In this document: positions 55,042-64,000 of the stretch, piece by piece | How the letters are laid out: every line of letters begins with the position of its first letter | Position numbering within the stretch: the first letter of the stretch is position 1 | Assembly (NCBI GenBank): GCA_002189035.1 | Contig: NEEC01000010.1 | Span: forward strand, 1,550,001 to 1,614,000 | Length of the DNA: 64,000 nucleotides | Reading direction: 5' to 3' | Source: Utricularia gibba | Lineage: Eukaryota; Plantae; Magnoliophyta | Made by a program: the position numbers and the translations under genes | The notes under the pieces: generated by a model | The model's input: only the letters and a program-made list of their open reading frames with translations | Told to the model about the DNA's origin: nothing | Database searches by the model: none

Positions 55042-57819
55042 ATGAGTTGTTCGGTTTGGCCACCCCATTTAAATTCTACAAGAGAACCATTGTCAAAGGG
55101 AAAAATAATTGATGAAGAAATGTGCATCTCCGGCTCAATGTCTTCAAATATTGCACTTAATTTTGTGTACCAGCGCAAGAGGCAACGAGTGAATTCTGTT
55201 GCCAGCCCCGCTAGCATGCCACTGCTGACTGATAATATTACGCTTCAGAGTAACTGTGCCTTTGATGCTGCAGAGCTCTCTCTGGCTTGGCCCCCAGATT
55301 CTTCAGATTGTGTTCCGCACTGTCACGATCCTGCAAGAGATCTGTCTGTGAACTCAACGGAATGCGACAGAACAGGTAAAGCAGGATTAATGCACTCCAG
55401 CGCTGACTTCTCACTTTGATTAATGGATAAACCTTATATTTATAATTAATTTGGATTGATGAGGAAAATTGTGATTCATGTTAAAGTGGTTCCTGTTTAA
55501 TTTAATGCCAGGTCCAAATGAAACGGTTTGTGAGCAACAAGATTTGATTTCCAGCATAGAACCATTATCAGAAGGGAGGATATCTGATGATAATTTATGC
55601 TTATTAAATCGTAGCAGGAATCCTTCTTACCCATCAGCCTCCGGTATTGGTCCTCAAAACGCTACATTTAATTTTGTGTACAAACGCAAGAGGCGTAGAA
55701 AGAACTCCATAGTTATCTCCCCTGCTAACCAGCCAGCTATTGACAAGCCAACCGATGTGCATAATTCTGCCACCAGTTCTGAATGTGACTCCTGGGCTTG
55801 CCATCAGTCTGCAGCATGTGTTGCTGAAAGTATAATTGGAGCTACAAGATCCATGTATTTTATGATTCCATCTGAATGCAATCGGGCTGAAAAAAATTTC
55901 ATTAATGGAGTGGTTACGGGAGATGAAGCTGTTTCTGAGGATAGCTTAAAATCTGAAGTCGACAGATTAAACTGTTCATCATCAAGATCATATATGGAAC
56001 AAAGTTCAACTCCTTTGAATGATGGTGTTGATCAGTGCTCCTCCTCTGGTGCATTGATAGTTGAGCAGGCAGGAGAAATGTCTGAAGAAGATGTGTGCAT
56101 TTCAATTCTCAGAAGCCGAGGGCTACTTGATAACATCAATCAGCATACTTCTACTGGAACTAGCAGTGGCAGTTACTGTGTGAAGTCATGCACGATCTGT
56201 AACCGCAGGGATAGTACAAAAAATATGCTACTATGTGATGATTGTGATGGTGCATTTCATAGATCTTGCTGCATTCCTTGTATCAAAAGCATACCAGTTG
56301 GCGAATGGCTCTGTTCCTCTTGCTTGAAAAGGAGGAAAATGCTGACCAGAAGATTCACCTGTGATTCTGTAGATAAGAGCAATGGAAATGACAGAAATAA
56401 TCAGTTAGATTGCGATTTCGAGGTAGGATCATTGGGGTATGCACTTCATGACACTGAGCCTTATATGTCCAATGTTCGGATTGGCAATAACTATCAAGCT
56501 GAGGTTCCTGAATGGCATGGACCCAATGATAAGTATGTTCCTTCATTGTTTTTGTGAAGTCCCGTTGTTAACATAAAAATTGGTTTGTTTGGCTTTGTGT
56601 GTGTGTGTGTGTGTTTTTTTTTTTTTTGTATTGATGCCCTTGCTGCATACTCAAAAACTTTCTATCAACTGGAATACATTGCAAGTATTTGACATGTCTT
56701 ACTAGTTGGTCCAGCGCTGCTGCTTTTCTTGCATCGTTCTGTAGCATTCTGTGTTTGAAAAAAAAAAAGCAGTAAATGTAGCTACACCTTTTACTGGTTT
56801 TACATGTTTCAGTTGTAATTCTGCTTTAGCTTTATATTTTGTCGTGACTCTTGTACCCACTCCAACATCTTGATGCTTGTTACAGAGTCTCTGATCTACA
56901 TGGTCATCCACTGGAACTAGATCTTGACGGCTCCAATATCATCCAGGTATAGCTTCTTTGGTACTATGTTCACTTATCTAATCGCCACCATTCTTTTTAG
57001 GCTTGATGAAAGGAGCACAAACTGTTCCTTTTTTTTTTAGGAACAAAGTTCCTTGCAGCCTGTAAAGATCGCTTCTTTCGCCAATTGGATTCAGTGCCGA
57101 GGGCATGCTGATGGTGGCGGCGAAGGTTCTGAGGGTTTGATCTGTGGAAAATGGCGCAGGTAAGCACCGCACCATCTAAGAATAATATGCTGTTCATCCA
57201 AAAGCATCATGATATTGATCTGTAAGTACAACATCAGAATGCGTATTTGATGATGAATTTGCATAGGAAGACATGCTTTTCTCTCTAAAAAAGTGCGGTC
57301 TGGTTTTTGAAAAGCTGGATAAGAAACGGCTCAATGGGTTGATTCACTAATTTACAACTTTCTTGTATTTAGTGTCTGTTCATCATCCATCCATTTAGCT
57401 GCTTTTAGGAACTATAGTGGATGCCTAAGTTTGGTCGCCTTTGATATGGCCAGATTTTGAAGCATGAGTATTAACTATAACGCAGGGCCCCTATCTTTGA
57501 AGTTCAGACTGATGATTGGGAATGCTTCTGCTGTGTATCCTGGGATCCAGCTCATGCAGATTGTGCTGCACCGCAGGTTTTCCCATCATTCTTCATTGTC
57601 TGTTTACTTCCATCTCCCCATTTTCTGTTCTTGATCATCATCTTTTTCTCTTGTTCAGGAGATGGAAACCGAGCAAGTCTTGAAACAACTCAAATACATG
57701 GATATGGTACGTGCCGCCCTGCCCCCTCCTGTAACTGATCGCCTATTCCAACTAAAACTGAACAGTCTATGCAGCTGCGGCCTCGGCTCATGGAAAAACG
57801 GCGCCCACCGGACATCTAA
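55042..57819 (+). CDS. PHD-finger / ELM2 / CW-like zinc-finger chromatin protein (At2g19260-like)
   Basis: PHD CTICNRRD...LLCDDCDGAFH.SC...WLCSSC, ELM2-like VRIGNNYQAEVPEW, and NWIQC...CGKWRRAP...DDWECFCCVSWDPAHADC. The last exon is LRPRLMEKRRPPDI*. The start codon is uncertain. Confidence 0.85.
56597..56614. repeat. (GT)n microsatellite abutting a poly-T run in a PHD-gene intron
   Basis: Direct reading. Confidence 0.9.
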
Positions 57820-60517
57820 AAGCGAGCACCCCGTCTGTGATGTAAAAAAACGTCAGGTACATAGGGTACAGTTCACCTTGAGGAGAAAACTACCAAAATG
57901 CAGCAATGAATGAGTTCCTGGTTTTGTATTGCAGAAAATGTTGTACAGTTCAGTCAAAAAGTGACATTTTTGTAGTCTAATGCATGCAATCTACCAAAGC
58001 TGATACCGCTTTTACATCACAGCCATGCCACTGATTCACCGCACATATGCTTCTGAAAACAACCCGAAAAAACAATCTACAGAGTGATAAATTACATGAA
58101 GCAAAGAGGTTTGTGAGCTAACTTTCGGTCCCTAGAATGTATGCATCTATCTGCAGGGGAGTGGGATAAAAACCAGGGAACTGATGCCAAGGAACGCATA
58201 TGGATGGGAGGGAACGTGAGAACAATAAGGAAGATTGACAAAAAAAATCTCCTCAGCTACTCTCTCACGCTACTTCAATGTGATCAACTAGCCACTGCAG
58301 TTCATTGCAGTGGGACAAATGTACAGCTAGCTGCTCGGTTATCAAAATCTAGCACATGGGGTGCCCTTAACCAGCACACTTGAAACTCTTAGATCAACGG
58401 TCCCAAGTAGAAATCTGAAGAATCTGATTTTCTAACAATATCCTGAACCTCTGCCCTTGGAAGAAGTGCCACAGGAGTCATGGAGGCTTGTCCGGATGCC
58501 CATGGTGATGATCTCACTGCAGTTAGTGGTAGTGCCCATGAAGTTAACTTTCATTTTTCTTATGATTAATTAATAATGAAACTAAGATTTGTATGCTAAC
58601 TATTGGATAAATTGTGTAATAAAAAATAATAAAGGTAAATTAATATTAAAAATATGTGGATGCATTTATTTTTTAATTTATGTTCATTTGGTTTCCAACG
58701 TATCTTTTGTCCCGGTTCCATTTTTTCTGTGTTCCATTCGATATGACCAGACACCGACACCAGGCCCATGTGGGGCTAGTGCAGTCACTGACTCCTCGTG
58801 CATGTACTTTTTTATCATTTTTCTGCAAAATAAGTTGTACATCATCTTTTATTGGATGGGTTCGTTGTCTCTTGTGTTCAGACCACAATTAATGATTAAC
58901 GATGTAACACATAAACATGAACATAATAAAGGTTAATCATATTAAATTATATCTAATCAATTATCAATAATTTATAATTTATTGAATACTTTACTATTTT
59001 AATTTCATTTTTCAAAATATAATAACTTATTCTAATAAAATAAACATTAAGTGTATGTTATGCACAACTTTTTATCAAATAAATTCTATTTCTTTTTTTA
59101 AAAAAATTAAAAATAACATTGATTGTATAACAATAATTCATTCTATTTCTATTTTTTCTTTGAAATCTCATTCTACTACTAACTTTTTCTTTGAGAAATG
59201 AGAAGTAACATTTGAACTATTTCTCATTCTCCTTCTTTTTAATTAATTCTCATTCTAGAAAAAAGTAGAATGTATTATAAAAAGTCATACACCCCTAACT
59301 TTGGGGATTTGCTGAGTTTTTAGGTGTGTTTGTGGGGAGATCAAGCAGGAGTAGTGGCTTCAGAACTCAAGCCAGGATGCCATGTGCCTACCTTATTCAC
59401 AGAAAAATGACAGCAAAGGAGACACATGCCACACATATCTGCTTCTAACTTAGCGTATGAATAAGCAAGCAGAAGGCAGTGCAGTTGTTGTAATACCATT
59501 TTCAGGAACCCAACATCTATATACTCCTATTCATCACCATCTTCTGCGCATGAATCTACGGCTACCGTTCCTGTAGAAAGAGTTGGGCAGAGGCGAGACC
59601 TTCATCCCGCGGCCAACACAGGTACCCCCATTTCCTCCCAACTTCTTACAATCACTGCTCCGATACGCGCGGTTCCGGCGACTTTCCCCGCCGGCGAGCC
59701 GCTGTCTTTTTTGCCTTTTGTGGCACGAGTGCCGTTTCAAAGTGGAATATTTTTTAGGATTATTTCTAATTTTCGAAAAATATAAATTAGAAATATAAAT
59801 AATTTATAGAATTAAGAATCTTGTTATTTTAATTTTTATTATTCATATAACTTGATTTTAAAATTTTTTTTAATATAATTAAAAATAGAAATTGATTGTA
59901 TTCCGTATACAAATTATTTTTGTTATTTCAAAATTAGAATTAATCAATAAAAATATTAGTGAACACTGCTTAATACTATTCGTTTCGATTATTTTGAAAC
60001 CTAACAAATTTGATTCTACTTAAAATAGGGTTAAATTGATTTTCTGTGAGCAAATTAATATAAATAAAAATTAAATATTATTTTAGTTAAACTGTAGGGA
60101 CAAGTGTCATTTTAATAAAGATTTTTGGCACCGAAATCCCGTACTATATAATATTATAAACAAAATTATAATATCGAATGATAATTTACTTTTTACTTAT
60201 TTTTTTTCTGACACAGCAGACCGCCTTTGAAATATCTAAAATATGTCAACTTTCAGGATGGAAATCTGAACAATACGGACCATGACTTCATTCCCAGCCC
60301 CACCCAAATAAAGAGCCAAAGTGAGCTTTTAAGTAGGCTTGTTTGTCGCGTAGAACGGACAGGCGAGCCTCGTGGCGACGCGGCTACGATTCGTTTAAAA
60401 AAGGGGAGGCACGCGCGAGGGCAATTGCGCTATCACCGTATCGTAAGCTACGTCGTCGATTTCCGCCGATATCTCAGGTACTCTTCTCCGCGGATTAGTT
60501 GAATAAGCGTATGCGTG

Positions 60518-60695
60518 TTCGAATTCGATTATACATGCGTCTCGTTAATCGCTTCTTTTCTTCTCGGATGTGCGTTATTCCGGCTAGCCGCTGTTACTTT
60601 TGCGGCGCCTTCGAATCCGATTATACATGCTTCTCGTTGATCGCTTTTCTTTCGGATGTGCGTTATTCCGGCTAGCCACTGTTATTTTTGCGGCG
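60518..60695 (+). repeat. Tandem duplication of about 90 bp (two copies, 60518-60607 and 60610-60695) in the ORP4 leader intron
   Basis: Both copies read TTCGAAT(T/C)CGATTATACATGC...CGGATGTGCGTTATTCCGGCTAGCC(G/A)CTGTTA(C/T)TTTTGCGGCG. Confidence 0.92.
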
Positions 60696-61083
60696 GAATT
60701 AGATGCACGTGTTCATACGCGGCCGCGGGAATCAGTACCGTAGAAAGACTTGGACTTTTTGTGTTTTCATATTTTTAGGAAGGAAATAATAATTTCCTAC
60801 AAAAAAAAGGAAAAAGAAGCGTTTTAAAATCTAATTCAACTTATAAATCGGTTCTATGGTTTTGAGAACATTTTTTTTGAAGTTGAAATGAGTTAAATTT
60901 ATTATAAATATATTACAAAAAAATAATATTAATCTTTTTTAATAAAAATATTGAATTTAATTAAAAAAAGCATGATTTCAAGTAAATAAAAAAATGTTAA
61001 GCATCATTTTTTTTATCATGAATCGAAATTAATATTAATAAATTGGATTTTCGATTGTCTGAAATTTCTGAAAGGTGATAAAA

Positions 61084-62668
61084 ATGTGTGTGGGTGGCGG
61101 GGGAGATGCGGAGGTTGTGCTTACTCCGCCGCTGTCTCTAGAAGGGGGCGATGATTCTGATTCAGACTACAGAGCTCCTCACATCCTGAAGCGCATTCTC
61201 AGCTTCTTCGGAAGTATACGGCCAGGGGCGGATCTCACTCGAATCCAGGTGATTGATTTAAAGCACTCTGTTTGGAGCAATCCTTTTGGCTTCTGTTACC
61301 GGCGTATGTGTGTATTGTATAGTATAGGAGTGTCTCATTTTGCGCTTGATTTCAGCTCCCTCCGTCTTTCAACCTTCCCAAGTCTCAGCTTCAGTGCTAT
61401 GGAGAGTCTGTCTACAGCATTGGTTCCGATATGCTCGGCAAGTGCTCCAGTGGAGAGACGCCTCTGGATCGCTTCGTCTCGGTTGTTTCGTGGAGCATCT
61501 CTACTCTCCGGCCTCTGGCGTTCGGCGTGGCGCCGTACAACCCGTTCTCGGTGAGACCCACCATGTCTCTTCCGGCACGCTCAATGTGCTACTTGAACAG
61601 GTAGTTGATGGAGATAATACTTATGTCATGGTCACAGAATTGCACCACATGGTTCGCTTCATCGCCCATGACTGAAAATGGCTGCAGGTTTCTCATCATC
61701 CACCGGTGTCTGCGCTTCATGCTACCGACGAAAAGGCTGGAATCGAGCTTATATGTTGCCATCATGCTGTGCCAAAGTTCTATGGTAATGCAAGCTTCTG
61801 CTAGCCATACTTCTTCTTAAGACGAAGAAAATGGTTTTAACTTCTGATGTGTGACAGGTGCATACATTGATACAGAGGTGCGTGGGAAAAGGGAGCTGAA
61901 GCTTCACAGAAGGAAGGAAACATACACGATGAACTCCCCGAACCTCGTCATACGCTTTCTACCGGTACCTCGAGTCGATTGGGATGGAAATGTAGTGATC
62001 AAATGCAATGAAACTGGCCTTGAGGCAGAGCTGCGCTACAGGGGGAACACCTTTTTTGCTCGTCCATCAGTACAGCGATCGGTGAAAGGCAAGATCTTTG
62101 ATTCCTCAACTTCAGAGACCCTCTGCCAGATAAATGGCCACTGGGACAGGTACGTTGCCCATTGTTGGATCATGTTTGTTATGGTGACTATGTTTTGCCC
62201 TGACTCTATTTTTATATGCTATGTAGAACGGTGATGATGACGGATGCTTCGACAGGGAAAACGTCGATCATCTACGACGCGACGAAAACAATTTCCCGAC
62301 TGAAAACTCCCGTTCTTAGGGATCCAAAGGTATGCCATGAAATTTGCCAAGTTCTTGTTCTGTCTCCGGGGGGTTGAGTCCATTTTCTGATCCTGATGAT
62401 CACGCAGGCGGTTCTTCCGAGTGAATCTACACTTGTGTGGGCGGAAGTGAGCAGGGCGCTCCTAGAGAAGAGCTGGGATGATGCCCGGCAAAGCAAGGTT
62501 CAGATTGAGGAGAGACAGAGACAGAATGCAAGAACAAGAAGCCTGAGAAACGAAAGTTGGACTCCAAGGTTCTTCAATCTCTTCCACAGAGACGGTGATG
62601 GGATTGAATGGGAATGCTCTCCCCTCACCCCGGCCGTTGCGCCGGCCCCGATCGTCATCGACGGCTGA
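61084..62668 (+). CDS. ORP4: Oxysterol-binding protein-related protein 4 (short ORD-only type), 6 exons; apparent 1-bp deletion at 61541-61543
   Basis: VVLTPPLSLEG, RPGADLTRIQLPPSFNLPKSQLQCYGE, PYNPVLGETHHVS (split by the frameshift), OSBP signature EQVSHHPP, ESTLVWAEV, WTPRFF. Confidence 0.94.
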
Positions 62669-62977
62669 TCACCACTACAGATGACGAACCAGTGCAGTGG
62701 AACAGGGAACAGAAAGATACACCATCCTAGCGACGTGGACGCCGCTGCCTTGCACGTACTGCATCATGTAACTCAACCATGCTTCTATAAAAATTCTTTT
62801 CTTGGTATCGACAAATCTACTTTCGAACAAGAACATATCTCAAAGGTGATAAGAAGCACATCGAGAAAAGGTTGATAGAGATCCGGATAGGCAATGGCGA
62901 CGTGAATAGCTGTGCCATTTGTGGGTAGTTGACTTTACAGGATAAAATTCCATTTCTTTTCAGGCACCACCCTCGTG

Positions 62978-62984
62978 TATAAAT
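62978..62984 (+). promoter_or_regulatory. TATA box (TATAAAT) of MIR169
   Basis: About 75 nt upstream of the hairpin base. Confidence 0.55.
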
Positions 62985-63058
62985 TTCTCCACACCCAATC
63001 CCAGGCACAGACTGCAGACACCCCCATCTTCTTCGCTATGCGTTCCTCGGAAAGTTTT

Positions 63059-63169
63059 GCATGAAGAGGTGGAGAGTAGATCGCAGCCAAGGATGACTTG
63101 CCGGAACTTAGAAATCACCTCCACCCGGCAAGCCGTTCTTCGCTACGCTTTGTTCTCCTCCTCTCATGC
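63059..63169 (+). ncRNA. MIR169: MIR169 precursor hairpin; mature CAGCCAAGGAUGACUUGCCGG at 63084-63104, star at about 63127-63146
   Basis: The mature 21-mer matches miR169 (b/c type). It pairs with CCGGCAAGCCGTTCTTCGCTA, and the lower stem GCATGAAGAGGTGGAGAG pairs with TTCTCCTCCTCTCATGC. Confidence 0.95.
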
Positions 63170-64000
63170 CAAACCCAGGATCCGCTTGCCTCCCTCACAG
63201 TCACAGTCCATTCTGAGATTCCTCCGGGCCATTTTTTACTCCAAACGAGACCGGAACTTGATGAATGGATCCATCCCGTTGCGTTGGGTTTCTTGGATTT
63301 GGTTCATGTGGCATTAATGCTTTTCTGGGTCCACCCATTTCAAAAACTTGAATGCAGTTTTGGTCCCCCGATCCCCATTAAATTCCGAGAGAAAATTATC
63401 CAGCTCGTTAGGTTTCCCCATTAACTTCACTTTTTCACCCTCTGGGGAGCCTATTTACTGCCCTCTTTTCACCGTATGGTCTTCTGGTATATTTACATCC
63501 CAATGCCCCACCCTACTTCCTCAAAAAAACAACACCAAGAACCTGCTTCTTTGACGAAATTCAAGTTTTATTTGCGATAGATCCACACCCCAAAAAAATT
63601 CGAAAAATTAAATTTTAAATTTTTTGAAGTAAAATTCATTCAGTTTGTTAATAAAAAAATATTAAAAAAAAACTATTAAAAACAGAAATTAAACAAGGGT
63701 CATGACCGTTAGGAGAGGTCTATTAGAAATTTAGTCATCCCGCGTCAGTGTATAAGAAAATTAGACTAATTTTAATCAAAATTGTACGAATGGCCATTTT
63801 TCTAAATGAATTTCATTACAATAATATAAATGATTCTAAAAAAAATTTTCTAATACAAAAAAAATTCTTTTATTGGAATTGGTTTTCGTGAAATATAATC
63901 AAATAAAAATTACTATATTTTATTAATTTGGTAAATAGGGAATACACGTAGCTGTGGTGTGAAGGAAACACACAATTTTGTGTCATATAGTGTATAATGG

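Noticed and set aside
59369-59390. AAGCCAGGATGCCATGTGCCTA, loosely miR169-like
   Set aside because: It needs indels to align and I found no star arm.
59360-59537. Box C/D snoRNA candidate (GTGATGA...CTGA, minus strand)
   Set aside because: The box spacing is either too short (35 nt) or lacks a terminal stem, and I recognised no guide sequence.

Overview
Gene-dense 64 kb window of a flowering-plant (probably eudicot) nuclear genome with short introns and very AT-rich spacers. There are no prokaryotic features or CRISPR arrays. In order, it holds a decayed Rab-GGTase beta (RGTB) copy, UXS1, an A_thal_3526-family gene, eEF2, a DUF2358 gene, RH22, a U1 snRNA gene with a full snRNA promoter, HCF153, a TPR gene and an 18 kb BEACH gene (BchB). 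These are followed by a solo copia LTR, mitochondrial SHMT, membrin, a 51-aa microprotein ORF, a zinc-ribbon gene, a SHOU4-family gene, a PHD/ELM2/CW-like gene, ORP4 and MIR169. The ORF track does not show several things: a U1 variant lacking the canonical AU 5' end, two minor-spliceosome (U12) introns (AT-AC in UXS1, GT-AG in BchB), a GC-AG intron, a lost splice acceptor with an in-frame rescue AG, an internally duplicated PHD exon, and a possibly decayed MIR482-like hairpin. Five conserved reading frames each lack exactly one base in a G/C run, which most likely reflects assembly homopolymer errors rather than pseudogenes. I found no clearly new multi-gene system. Family assignments come from recalled homolog sequences, not database searches.
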